From the NCBI GenBank assembly GCA_973895155.1, contig OZ316895.1:10218184-10282183 (forward strand): DNA of 64,000 nt, written 5' to 3'. Under the pieces are notes generated by a model. The model made no database searches. It had not been told where the DNA came from and saw nothing but the letters and a program-made list of their open reading frames with translations. Below, in pieces: positions 12,212 through 26,700 of this stretch. Positions within the stretch are counted from its first letter, which is position 1; each line of letters opens with the position of its first letter. The translations under genes were made by a program, and so were the position numbers. The stretch comes from Marsupella aquatica. Taxonomy: Eukaryota > Plantae > Marchantiophyta.

Positions 12212-15200
12212 TACTTCTGTATATGTTGGTGTTTGTTTTTGCATCTATTTGGTGCCAAAAAAGTTTTCTTGCATATCTTTTCTTTCATGCTTCTTTCTTC
12301 AATCAGTGCCACTTTTCTGAAAAACAAGCCACCTGTCAACATGCCAGGTTAGGCAAATTTAAAATAAACTGTCACCATTTCGCAAAACTGAAAGACAAAA
12401 ATAAAACACTCTAATTGTAGTAGTGGCCAAGGTTTACACAAAAAAATTCCCATCTAGAAAGTTTAGGGTTAGGGTGCGCCAATAGTATTGCCATCACAAA
12501 CCAGTTGGGAGAAGGGACAGAATAATCCTGAGGAGCCAAGGGACATGTTGTACCAAAGTTGGACCTTGATCGAGTGAAGGTTTTGAATTCAACCCCCATG
12601 AACAAATTGCTGCCCCAACTAGTAGAACGGAATAGCCTACATGATAATAGGTGGTGTTGAACTTGGCTTTAGCGTGCCAACGATCATTGTACGCTGACCT
12701 TTTTGCATAGCAATGATGGATTTGGAGGGTTGTATATATTTTGGATACAAACTAGGGTCCTAGTCTAATGTAAATACTTCTATTTATAGAAAAATATTCC
12801 TTATTTTTAATTTTAATGATCTAGGTTACTTTATAAAAAGTAACCTTAGAGCATATTCTGTACAAGAAAAAAATTAAAAGAGTTTATAACCCCCTTTTGT
12901 TTTTACATCCTACAATATATCACTTGATAATATAAATTTTCACTTGCGCCTGGTGCCTCTGGATTTTGTCAGTCTACCCCTCCATGATGGACACCCGTCT
13001 TGTCTGGTCATGGACTTGGACTATATTGGTTGTGAGTTGTAACAATTAGTGACTTTTGTACATTCCCATCTCGTTCTTTCATCCATGTTAATCCATTACC
13101 TGACACCCCATCGAGGGGCCCAAAATCCTCCAGAATTAGAAAGCACACTATCTTCTCCCACCCCCCCTTCCCCTCCACCCCTCACCAAATTGAGCTCTAC
13201 TTATCTCGGGCCCTGTAGTATCTATCTAACTGAGCACACTAGTGTAATTGTGTGGAAATGCTGTGTCTCTGCAGTAGACACTGGGCGTGACTACTGGGCA
13301 GAATTGAAAGTTTGGAAGCAATTAATGGGGTGTTAAACCAAGCTTCTGGCTCAATAGGGGTTGAAAGTACCCAATTTCCTTGGTGGGGTCAAACGACATT
13401 GTGGGAGCATACAAAGGTTAACTAAGAAAACCCCCATCAAGTAAATCTAAAACTTAAAATCCCATCAAAGCAAAGGGATCCATTTTCACCCAATCAAATA
13501 AATGTTAAGTTAAAGAACATCAAATTACACATGACTTGATACCCGTTGTGTCAGCCAGCCGAAACCAGGGCATACAGTAGTGTGGCAAAACCCAATTGCC
13601 CCTTTCCATGAGGTAGAATCTAGTGGAGGGTTGGGACACGGTAGAGTGTACTACAGTAGCCATGAATCAGGTGGGGACAGGGCAATCTCGCCCACCTTAT
13701 CAGTCTAAATGGACAATCCACTTTATCATCCTTAGGATCAACATGCTATATCATCAATCAACAAGGTGGAGACCACTTTCATTGACGAAAAGTAATGGGG
13801 GGGCGGGGGCTTTGGAAGTATCCTCCAATCCAAGATGAAGACAGCTTCTTTTTGTTCGTAAATAACACTGGGAGCAGTACAAAAAGGCAAACCATATCCT
13901 GTAGTCGCATTATAGATTTCCGTTTGGTAAATTCAGCTGGAACGCAAATCGGGAATGATCTACGATGAGAGTACCTGGAAGCATTTGCCTATATGGAAAC
14001 ATCCTTTGGAGAAAAGCTTTACTCACAACAGAGAGAAAGGCCCCTGTGCACTGGGACAAACAAAATTTACCAGTTCTATTCAGACTTATACACACATGAG
14101 TACCTAAATGCAATGTTGATGCCGTAATCCAAGAGATTATAATATTATTGGGGGTAGGCGTTCAGATCAGAACTAGTACTGACGCTAAAATTTGATCCAT
14201 CAACTCATAATTCGAGAGTTGTAAAGGATTAAAGTTTAGTCCTCGTGCTAACAACCTAGTGAGAACGCTACTTGAACTCCTCCCAACCTTTACCATGATT
14301 ACCATGATTACCTTAAAAACCAGATTGTGCAGTAACGAAGTTCGGCTTGGTAAATATCAATCACTGGCATTTTGGGATCAGTCTTGTGCATTCAGGATCA
14401 ACTACAGGCCATAGTGGCCAAGATACCCATTCTGAGCTGAGATCTGTTACTCGCGACGCAGTCACATTCATCCTCAATGAAGTAAGGATACAATCCTCAA
14501 TGAAGTAAGGATACACTGCGACTACTAAGCAGTATACGGGAATCCTAATTCAACAGCCATGCATAGTTTTTTGGGGTAGAACACTGCTGCCCCAAAACAA
14601 TTAATTTATTTCTCACTACAGGTGGAAGTCGGTTCATCCCGGAGTTGCATCGCCCATAACTCGAGGTTACTGGCGAACGCTCAAAGATCACCAAAGGTTG
14701 ACTAACAGATCCTGTAAAAAGGATAACTTGAACTGCAACAGGCCAATCGTGTCCTAAATCAACTACTGAGACAAACTCTACAAAAATCCTAAACGTTAGG
14801 ACCCAGCAAATCAAATAAGCACATTTATGGAGGTAAACCCCTCTACAAGTGCGCCCTTCGTCCGTCACCAAATTACACACCGAAAGATCCCATAACCTTT
14901 GACAAAATCATATTTACACTATAACAGGTTGGCCTGACATAGCTGAGACAAAATTAGTGGGATATATCTTCTTCTATATTCAATGGATGCGTACACCCCT
15001 TCAGGGGTGTAGATATGTCAGACAATTCAACCCACTGCTTTCATAAGCCATTGGAGGATGGCAATGCCCAAGGATCTCACTAAATAAATGCATTGAAAAA
15101 TTGGGATAGTTGTAACCTACAACATATGTCTCTTTGATTGCTGTACACAGATCCGCTCCCACATTTCCCAGGATACCCTCCTATAAAAAACTCCGCAGAG

Positions 15201-15223
15201 TACACAGCTAAATGGACGACAAA

Positions 15224-18200
15224 TTACTCATCATCCTCCCCGCCTGCTTCAGGAGCTGACTCTAACCAGCGAAACCAGTTGAACGTCTCTTTTATAGCCT
15301 GCGGAAAACAAGAATATTCTTAGGTACACAACACAACCAAGTTTTCCCATCCATGTCCTTTTCTACCCAGGATGTCTGTACACCTTTACAAAAGAAAATA
15401 TAGTTTGGGTAATTCCCCGCATAAGATGCATCGAACAGAAGCCCCTCATCAAAGATGAAAGGCCCCTGTATAGTTACCACAAAATTTTCTTCCCCAAAGA
15501 AAATAAAAATCAACCCACCTTGTCCCTTCCTGGAGTGGAATCCTTAACATCATCTTTCCATTTTAGGAATACCTGTTCAGAAATTACCTGAAGATTACAA
15601 AGCTGTCAGTATTGGCTGTCTTCTGGATGATGCATCACCACACAAATATCACATACAAAACTGTCCATGATTGGAAGTAATCACCTGGCAGGTCAGAAAC
15701 CAGCATGAAAAACGTTTACAGCAAGGATAGCAAAAGGAGAAGCAGTTCACACTGGCAGTACATAAAAACTATAAAACTTACGTCTTCATCGTAGAGTATA
15801 GAAAAAAGAGCCTTTACTAGTCCCGGTGGGTGACCCAGATCATTGGCAAAAAGTTGCACTGCTACAATGTCTGCAAAGAATCAGGATGTCGGATGTTGTA
15901 GACGTTATCCCATGCAATTTGAAAAAATGTGTCAATGATACCACGGCATCCTACAGGGCAACCATGCCTTCAGCCTAACATATGTTAACTAATTCAAAAT
16001 GCGTTACCCCCAACATACGGGGTAGAACATATCTATGTTGTATTCAATTATGGTACAAACGATACGAACGAAGCCAAAGCCGGGGTGACTAGATATCACT
16101 CACAATGTCTCTGATTTGCTTCCGAAGCTCGTGGGTTTCTTGGAAGTAATCTCTTCAACAGCAAGGAAAATTTCTTGATCTTTCCTTCCAGAACCTTCTG
16201 CATTTCCAGCATAGTTCATAATCCAGAATGAGGATACAAAATTATTGCCTGACTAAAGAATTACATATTTCTAACGAACGAAGGAGCAAACAAAACTTAA
16301 AGATAACTACTGATCATAAAACTCACCTCCAACTCGTTTGTCACCGACTGTCCACCACCATCAAGCGGCACTGAATGTCTCAAGACTTCAGTCATGACCA
16401 AGCGGAAAAATGCAGCTTCAGAGCTGATTGACTTCGGAACATTTATCTACAAGAAAGTAATAAAATGAGTTGTCAGTTGGACAGCACGCTACAGAAAACA
16501 AGCTGGCCCACATGTATTACATTGATTGCATCAAGGGGTCATAATGTACCACCCAAATAAATCTGCGATGTCTGGCAGTGCCTGCATTGCAGAACATAAA
16601 TGACTCACCTAGCTGTCCCAAAATCCTAAATGGAGCAGAATGAAAGATAGTAGAAATAGATCACACCCATGAAAACAGTCAGAATTCCAATCCCATATTC
16701 ATCATTCACTCCGTTTCATGAGTGGAATCTAACTAAATCGAAGTGGAAAAACAGTAAATTCAGTGGGACCAAAATAGAAGACAGTAGAAATGTAATTCAT
16801 CACCTTAAAAATATTGAATTCCGACATCCATCTCTGGATTGAAAAACTCACCTCCACCCAGTCCAAAATCTGTGCAGCTGGCTCATCTCTGGCAATGGCC
16901 TCCCGTAAGTATTTTTCCGCCGGGATCATCTGAAAAGCACACTGCGGGTCAGCTTGTCCTACGTAATTGCTGTGCGTGAGAATACATTTATATGGTCAAG
17001 GAAGAATTCCCCGCTTCTTGAACCCGTACAACATATCACAGACTTCGATCATGGGCAAAATTAGGACGCAATTGGGGGGTGGCGTCCTGACGTGCAAAAA
17101 GAGGAGAAGATATAGTAAAAGTGCACAAACAAAAGATCCCACCAAAGTAACAATACCAGCATACTTACAGGATAGAGGCATTGTAAATTCTTCTTCTCCA
17201 AAAACATCTCAAACTTGCCCGCTTTCTTCTTGTCATCAGGTGAGAGGAAATGTTCCAGATTCAGTTTTGACTCTCTGTACAAGTCAACCATTGCAGCCTC
17301 CCCCTTTTCTCGTCTGATTATATCTAAAACAACCCCAAACACAGTTAAAGCATCACCCATCTCCAGCAAAGATCCAGGATCCATGCCACCTTCCTTCAAC
17401 AGCTTGCCAACATGGGCAACTGAAAAAATTCCAGCGACGACGAGTTTAGCAAACATCCCTCCGACATACTCAGGAGCTTTGGGGACATCCACTGTGGTAT
17501 CCTCTAACGTCGACAAAACCAATTCGAACCTGCGTACCATTGGTTGGTAAGATTAGAAAAGCGGTAAAGTGCCGAAAAACTTAGAAAACCTATGACACAA
17601 GCATCTCGTCGATGGTACAGAAGGAAATAAGAAAGGGGTAGGAAGCAACACCCACAAAAAGAGTTGTCTGTTTTGCCTTCCAGTCACTGAAAGAAAATAC
17701 TTACCCCTTACTCATCTGCTCTTGGGACACTAATGGAGGCTCTTTCTCCTTGCCAATATATATGAGCAGCTTCACTAGGAGCTCCCTTTCCGTATCTTTC
17801 TTATCCAAAGCCTCTGAGACCCAGACTGACACCATATTTGCATGAAACTTTGGATTCTTCAAATCCTCCACGCACTGGGCAGCCTCCTTAATATCTCGTA
17901 CACTACATGTAAAAGAAAACCGCTCATATTAGCATGAACCAATACATCGATTGAAGAATGAGGTAAAATCTAGACACGAAAAGACACAAAACTGAGATGA
18001 GAAATCCAGCAACCAACATGACATATCAAGAAATGACACCTAACGGCTAAGGGAAGCGAATAACAAAACTCTAGTTGGGATTTATACTACCAGTAAAGAG
18101 GCCACAAGGATAGAGGCACACCTGAAATATTCAGTAAGGGTTGAGATACTCTTCTTTTTCAGATCTTCTTCACTCAGCGGAAGCAAGGCTGCTGGAGCAG

Positions 18201-21200
18201 TCCGAGCTGCAACTGGAGTAGGAGGTGTACGTGGCCGCAGGGACGAACTTGGAGCAAGCGAGAGCACAGGTCTCTCAACAGGAGATCGATCAATGCCCCG
18301 CAAGTCCCTCCCAGAAATAGAAGGTCCCAGCCTCTCTGGTCCCAATGGCCTCTCAAGCAAGGGCCTGTCAGCAGAACCAAGAGGCCTCTCAGCACCGTGA
18401 ACTCTCATTGATAGCTCCTCTCTACCACCATAAGGACCTCTATCAGGGATCATGCCCCCAAATCCTGGCATTGAGCCCATTCCGGGGCGTCTGACATCAC
18501 CACCCATCATAGGCGGCACTTCGGCCAATGCACTTCGTCCTGGAACTATTGGTCGCATAGCCATGGCCCTACCAAGGCTACCCTGTGGACCCAGTGTAAG
18601 AGAACCTTCATCAGAAGATCTCTGCGACGGCATTGGCATTGGCCTACTGTCCGGCATCAACAGACGATCTTCCATTCGCACGTCTTGACCAAATCCACCA
18701 CGCACAGGACCAGGAGGCGGTTGTGCACCACGCATTCCCCCCATCCCCATGCCTCCCATTTGTCCTCCTGAAGAATACATTGGAGACGGTGGACCGCGCA
18801 TACCAAAGTCGTTTCCTGGTCGTCGTCCTCCAGGGCCAATACCACCACGTTGTTGAGGGCGATCCCTACTTGACGCAGCAGCCTGTTGCCGCTCCTGGAC
18901 GGCATCTCTATGTACTTCGTCAATCTTCTTTGGTCCCTCAACTTTCCTCCTCTCTGTCCAGCCATTCCTCCGTAAATCTATGACATCCTTCAGCATGAAT
19001 CGCAGTCTGGAAGAGAGCTTCATGTTTTCACTCAACTTCTCCATTCTTTTAAAGTAAGCATCTATATGCTCTTTGGCCTTCGGATGATCGATAATACGAC
19101 CGATTGTACTCATCAGCTTGCACAAGGCCTCCACATCTTCTTCATCTGGATTTTGATACTCACCAAGCAACTTCTTAATACACTCATGCATGATCCGTTC
19201 TGTGAGCATATTCTTTTTGTACAATTCACCAATGAACCTTATATTGCCTAGCATGCGTCTCCTAGCGCTAGTCCTCTTCTCCTCCCTCTCTTCAGCGGTG
19301 AGCTTAACCTCTCCATCTTCTTCTACTTTCTCTGCCTCTTCTTGCTCCCTCTCTCCCCGTTCAAATTCCTCCTGACATTTGTTTAGCAACACACGCTTGA
19401 AAGTGATTTTCTCCTCATCCTCTACGAACTCTGGCAGCTCCACGGCTAGCTGAACACAAAACCTGGCGTACATTTCACAAAACGTAGGTTCTGTGAGCGC
19501 TTTATCGAATATCTGGGAAATAACACCAGTGAGTGTGGTTGCCGAGTCGATGTTGACCTCCTTCACCTGTGCAAAGAGCTTATCGAAATTCTGTGGGGTC
19601 AGCTTATTCAGAATACCCTTGATCAACCTCTGCTTTAATTGCTCCTCATCAGATATCGTCCCAACTTGGTATCTGTTTTCGGTCTTGTGAATAGCAGGCA
19701 AAGGTGTTCGTGGTGAAGGTATAAGTCCCTTTTGCCCTACAGGAGCACGCTGCCAACGATCAGCATCAACACCCACCATGTTCCTTCCTGGCCCTGGCGG
19801 CATCATCATAGGAAGTAGAGGACCACCAGGAAGTATACCACCCATTCCAGGTGGCATTATTCCCGGGCCGCCCATTCCTGGTCGCATACCAAGGGGCATG
19901 CGCATCAGCCCAGTATTACCCTGCCCTGGTCTGAAACCGCCAGGAGGTCCTCCCATCCCCATGTCCATCCGACCATCAGGTGGACCACGCCCAGGTGATG
20001 AAATGGAGGCGTTCCTGGTCCATCGATCTTCCTCAGCACCTACATTGCTGTTGCGACGTTCGAGGCGTGGGCCGCCACTTGACTGTCGATCTAAATTCCT
20101 GCCAGGACTAGGAAGAGGATCTGTGAAACCGGCACCTAACTGGGGATTCAAAAGAATATCGGCTATATCTGCTCTAATCTCAAATTGTAGAGGCAGATCT
20201 CTGTGCAAGTCCTTCTGGGACATCAAATAGTCCTTTGTGTACTTCTTGACTCCCAAGTCACTTCCGCTCGGAACCTCCCCAGGGCCCACACTTACCATGG
20301 GAGGAGCCGTTGAGGGCACGGGGGGCATTTTTGGCGTCGGAAGCTCTGCAGCATCCTCCCAGTCATCCAATTCCTTGAGGACTGGCGTTTCCATATTCGA
20401 CAGGGGGTCCTTCTTGGTATCTGTGCTAGGGTTCGCAGACCCAGGTGCCTCCGCTCTCTTCACCTCATCCAGTTTCTTTTCTTCAGGAGCCTTGTAAGCG
20501 GTAAACAAGTCCCCTGTCGACCCTTGAGCATCTGCTTTTGCAAAAATTTCCTTCTTCTTTTTCTTTTTGCTTCCCGCTTGTTTCACTTCAGGAACAGATG
20601 TAATCAAGTTTTCTGTGTCGACATTAGGATTTGCCCCACTACTGTCCGCATTAGGATCTGACCCACCAATGCTATCAGCATTAGGATTTGACCCACCAAT
20701 ACTGTCGGCATTAGGATTTGACCCACTACTGTCGGCATTGGGATTTGACACGCCAATACTGCTGTTCTCTGGAATTTCTTTCGGGTTATGCTCCTCGACA
20801 GCTCCCCCGTTATCATTCTGCAATTCAGAAATAGTTGTAGGTGCAGAGCCTCTATCATCACTGAACTTTCCATTTGGTAGCACTTCAACTGAACTTGCAA
20901 CAGTCTCCTCGCTAGGAGATATCTCTGGAGGAGAAGGTTGATTAACACACTCAACAAGGCTTTCTACAGAACTTTCCACATTCTCCTGTACCACACCTTC
21001 AGATTCCACAGAGTTGGCAAAAGACTTGTCCTCAAGATTATCAGTTATACTGTCCGACGCTCCCTCCGACTCAATAGTGCGGGTTGACTCTGGGACCGCA
21101 ACAGCAGCATCGGCTACAGAATTTTCAGTTTCCATTGCCTTTGATAGAGAAATGTCTTCAGTTCCCAACTCTTCTTCAATTTCATCAACTGCAGGCGACG

Positions 21201-23711
21201 ACAACGGGGCGCTGGTGGTAGTCAGTTCTACTCTAGGTTCATCAGAAATTCCACTCGTTTCACTGACAGGCTCCTTCTGTCGAACTACTTCCTCCTCCGC
21301 TGAAGGTGTTTCATAAGGTGTGAAATCCTTGGTACTTACTATAGTATCTTTCCCAAGAGACACAGCATTTTCCACCGAACTGTCTACTGCAACTTGCTCT
21401 TGGAGAGCTCCTCTCCCGTTGGCCAAAGAGTCCATTGCAACATCCAAGTTTTTGGAGGCCACTCTGTCCAGAGAAGAAACTTCACCTAGACTTGTCACAA
21501 CTTCAGGAGCTGAGGTGTCACTGTCTGCTTTCAACAAATCCTCATCAAAGGAGGAACTTCCAGACAACGGCGGCTGCTTCGGAGGAACAATAGCACTGTT
21601 CATGGGGGAATCATTCACTTCCAAATCCATCCATTCTGCGCTTCCAGTACCACTGACAATCTCCTCGGTAACAGGCGACTTCTCCCGTACATCATCACCA
21701 GCCCGAGTAGGATTACTCAGCACGGTGGGAGCTGGGGTCAACTTAACCCCTGGAACTTCCTTGGTTGATGAGTCAATAGTTTGTCCAACAAGTGGCTCCT
21801 TCACCGCGGGAACTGACGAAAGGGCCCTCGAGGATGAATTCAGCTTAGAAGATACTCCCCCTTTAGCAATTGATGAGTCGATCGTAACAGGATCTTTTCC
21901 TTCAAAGCTCTTAGCAGTAGATAGTGCTTTACCTGAAACCTGTTTTGAGGGCTTCCGTACGACTTCTTCAACTTCAGAAGACAATATTGACGTTGAGGAA
22001 ACTTCAGAATTTTGCGGAGAAAGTCCTGACAATTTCCCACTTCCACGTTTCTCCAAGTCTCCAGATTTGGATGTGCCCTTGGAGTCTTCAGACCTACCAA
22101 ATGAATTTGTTCTCTTTATCGGACCTCCTGGTTGCACAACAGGGTGAGGAAGCTTGGGTGAGCCAGACTGAACAGCGGCACCACTTGCAGCGGATATCGG
22201 TGGTTGCGAGTTCTCTGCTCCAACTGCAGTTGAAGGGATTGAGGCCTCACCTTTTTTGTCTACATCACTTTCCACAGAAACTGCTACAGTTGGGACAGCT
22301 TGTTGTTGGTGCTGCTGCTTGTGTTGCTTTTGCTCTTTCTTGCTGATCTTCCTAGAATTCTCCCTGCTAATTGTTGGTTTTACAGTCTCAATCTTTGGCT
22401 TATCTCCACTGACAGGAGGCACACCGGAAGGTACTGCAGCGACTTTGGGACTATTAGTACTGGTGGCCAAAGATGTGCTGGTCACCTTTGACGGAGGTAC
22501 CAATACGCTGGGCTTTGGTGTCACAGCAATAGAACCAGTTGTCTTACTGCCTTGATCTCTTCTGGCTGATGAACCTTCAGAGGCAGTAACAGGTACACTC
22601 TGATGGGGCACAACTGGGTCCGCACTCGGAGCAGCCCCATTTGCAGCAGACGACGGGATTTGGGGCGAAGATACGCTGGTTGCGGGAGTCTCTTCTGAAG
22701 GAATAGATTTTGCTGAACTCGACGCCTCAACATCGCCAAATTTTAAAACTACCCCCGAAGTAGTTGTGGGGGTTGGAGGAGCCGAGGAGGTCGTGGCAGA
22801 AGCGCCTGGCACTGAACTAGGAATTCGCCCATTCGAGGCAGGAGTCTGGCCACCGGATGCTTCCAATATTAGAGGAGCAGCTGGTCTTCCTGACAGAACA
22901 GCTGGATTAGATTGAATGGGATGAGCAGGGCCACCAGATGTACTGACAACCAAAGGTGTTGCAGCTGAATTGTTCACATCTATTCCTGCCTGACCTGTTG
23001 GACCCCCACCTATTCCACCAGATGGAACGCCTTTTGAGGCAGGAGGATTCGAAGCTCCTGCAACATTTATGTGCCGGTGTGGCTGTTGGCCATAAGGGTA
23101 CCGGGATGGATTCCCAGGAGGACCACCAGGGGCTGGAACACTTTTCGGAGGTACTACTTGTTGATAGTTGAAGGGGCCCGCGTGCGTATAAGAATAATAA
23201 TTGACACTAGCGTGATGAGGACCACCGCCATAGTTCACTTGTCTGCTTTGAGGTCCGTTGCTAGAAACCCTAACAGAAGAAGCAGCTGCCGAAGTTGGAG
23301 CACCTACATCCATAAAAGGTTCTTTCTTTGCCTTGGCATCAAATCTCACCTCCTCATGAGTAGTTGGGTCCACAATCTTTATAGCTCTGCTTGGCTGCGG
23401 TTGAATAAACTGGCCGGTGTTAGGGGGTCCATATTGTGTACCAGGTGGAAGCTGGCCTCCCATGGGTCCACCCATTGGCGGACCTAGTGGATGTGCCATT
23501 TGAGGTGACACTTGACCCGCTAAGGGACCGCCCATCTGCTGAGCGATGATCTGTGGTCCGTGGGGAGACATCATTGACTGAGGGTATTTCATTCCCTGAC
23601 TTAAACTTTGCACCCCTAATGCTTGCTGAGGTAATGACTGTTGGGGTAATGCCTGCTGTGTCAGAACCTGTTGCTGTTGCTGTTGCTGTTGCTGCGGCTG
23701 CGGCTGCAACT

Positions 23712-23755
<44 letters not shown>

Positions 23756-26700
23756 TGCTGTGCGTGAGCTTGTGCCTGCTGGGCATGTTGAGCCTGCGCT
23801 TGAGCCTGAGCTTGGGCCTGAGCCAGCTGATATTGTTGGTAGTGCTGGGATGGAACTGGAGCCGTTGCAGGCATGTGCATTGGAGCCTGAGAATGTTGTG
23901 GAGCATGCCCCTGTCTTTGCGGGAGCTGCAGAGGTTGCTGTGTCAATCCATGAGGCTGTCCGGCTGATGCAGGCTGAAGGACAGGCGTTCCAGCCCCGGT
24001 TATTAACCCCTGGGAAGTAGCATTTTGAGTTGCCTGCAAAACAGGATGCGACTGCTCGGTTGCATTTCCAACAGCGCCAGTGACCTGTACCAAACAAAGG
24101 TAACTCGAATTTAAGCGAGAAAGGCTACAAGCTCCAAATGAGAAGGAAATGTCAACTCTAAGCAAAGCTATAGCTATTGCCAGCAGCTTCCACAAACTGT
24201 CAGGCAACGAATAAGAGTCTCACTAGACAACAAGGACTAAGCCTTCTTACCAGCACTTGCTGTTGCCCGGATGGAACCGTCGGCACTTTCTTAGGAACGA
24301 CAGCACGAGATGCTTCAAACCGTGCCTGCATTGATCCAGAAACAAGACACGGAACAAACTTCATTACATTGCTCACCAAAGGAGAGTGCACAAATAGGAA
24401 GTCTACTGCTTATCGATATAGAGTGCACAAATAAACATCTGTTATCCATTGCTAATATCCGTCCAGGTACCTTATACAAAACAGGCTCGCAACCCTAACA
24501 GAACTTTCCACAACCAGGAAGAGAGACGAACAAAAAAGAATGACAGTAGACGTACCTGCTCACGTTTCTGCTCGTCAAGATTGGGTGGAGCAGAACTAGT
24601 TCTGGCTGGAATCTGTGGAGGTAAAACGATACTTGCTTAAAAAATTTCTAACTTCATATATTCTGCGAGGCATGAGACGGAAGAAAACAACGGCAGTCAA
24701 AAAACGGCGCCAAAAGGGACCTATAGAATACCTGCATCCCTGGCACTGGCGTCATGAAACCTGGACTAATGCTCCCAAACTGGAACGAGAACGAAGGTTG
24801 CGGTGAAGCTCGAACATTGTCACCTGATGAAGCTACCGCCAAACAACAGACAAACACTGAGCTGTAATCACTGTATGTTGGCTCACAAGGTCAGTCAGCA
24901 ACTTAAACACGATAACGAGCTAAGATTGCCTCCAAATTAGATCCGGCAGGAGAGAATGATGCCCACGAAATTCATCAAAATCTGTCCTACAGTGGTCAGC
25001 AGACCAAAACGGGTCAAATGACTAGCATTCACCGGCTTCTGTTCCCTGACAAGAAAGATAAGAATGGCAATGGACTTGTATCACGAAAAAGTAACATACC
25101 AGTCGGCACAGGTGACACAGGCTCGGGGACAGCAGCGTTAGCAGCAGTTACTGCTGGAGCTGGCGGTTTCGCAGCAGCACTGGAAACAACAGGATTTGAG
25201 GGCTGTCTCTGAGAGGGTACCGCTGCACCACCGGTGCAAACAGCTCTAGATCCAACAAACGAATTCGAAGATTGAATAGCTGGAGTAGCCTGCTTCAACT
25301 CTGTCTTCTGACCAGTATGCGTTGGCGTGTGCGAATTAACATCTGCGGGGCCCACAGCTTGCCGAACGGCCGAAGCTGTCAAAAGAGCAACAATTCAGAA
25401 GTTAGATCAGGAAAATAGAAGAATTCCGAAGGATAGTAATCCGCCCCGAGCACCTGTGCATACGGTACTGCAGTTGATACGTTCAGATATCAGAAAACGA
25501 AGTACAAAGCAATTTGCCACACAAGCCAACCTGGCTGCTGTTGTTGGGGTTGCTGAGTTTGATACTGTGCTCCTGTATGATGGTGGTTCCTATAATTTCC
25601 TCCATGATCTGGGAACCCACCACTTTGAGCACTTCTGCCTAGTCCAGCAGGTCCATTGGCGCGCTTTCCACTGAAGAAAGCCACAAGCGATTCAATGAGA
25701 TAAGGCAAACCAGTTGGAAAATAGAAACTAGGAGTTCCTTGGTAGGGCAAAGATCGTACTGGATTGCACAAAAAACAGATCTCTCGTACGAGATATTCTG
25801 TCAAGTCTCCTTGGTAAACAACAATCCAGCGCTACCTGAGAGCAATGACCTGATGTAACGTTACTCCCTCTGTAGGTTTAAACACGCGAACGTCATGCTT
25901 TCTGGATAGCCCGATAATAAAGACTGACGTAGCTACGGTTTTCTCAAGGTCTTCGATGATCAAGTGCTGGCTTCAGAGAGGAAGAGGCCCTGAACTATGG
26001 ACAATACTTCACCATGTCGAGGACGCCTCTCAGTGAATTAGTTATAGAACGTCCGAAAATTACAAATGGGTGGGGGCGTGAACAATTTATAGCGCTTCCG
26101 AACATACGCCAATCGCAGTCCAACAGAACAATACAAAAACAGGCCCTCACGAGAACCCTAAAGCTCTGCTTCGTCAGAGATGTCTAGGTCATGGAGGAAA
26201 CTCCACTGAGGCACAATTGAGTACACTTGACTCAGAGGGGCATCTACTGACTTGCCGAACCTCGTGCAACGACTTCAAAGATAAAGTGCAGCTCCAAGAC
26301 GGATGCAAGAATTAAGGAATGCACGGCAAAAATAAGATCAGGCTGATTTGACCTAAACAGGACGGCGTTACCCGTCTCAGCTCAGCAAATGAACGAGTTT
26401 GGATTGCACATTATACCTTTGAGTTTATAACAACTTTTAAGATTGGAAACACAGGGGGCACAATGGTAGAAATAATAACAGCGAAGGAACGACCGCGTAT
26501 GTATCAGAACTTCAGCTGTCAACACAACTGAATCGGCTATTGATGAAAAGAGAGCTTACCCACGATTGGTGGAAGAACCCGGCGTTGTAGGGCGCCCAGC
26601 AGTACCCGGGGTTGTAGGGCGCCCAGGAGTACCCGGCGTTGTAGGGCGTGCAGCAGAGAAAGACTGAGAATTCGTGAGAGACGCCCCAGAGGCAGGGGGG

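Noticed and set aside
12462-12475. Telomere-like TTTAGGGTTAGGG
   Set aside because: Only two units; too short to call an interstitial telomeric array.
19778-24020. Many + strand ORFs of 100-275 aa
   Set aside because: Antisense shadows of the large eIF4G exon, with no independent motifs.
24085-24207. Signal-peptide-like start of the 2041-aa ORF
   Set aside because: This is intron sequence upstream of the acceptor at 24085; the real N-terminus comes from six upstream exons.
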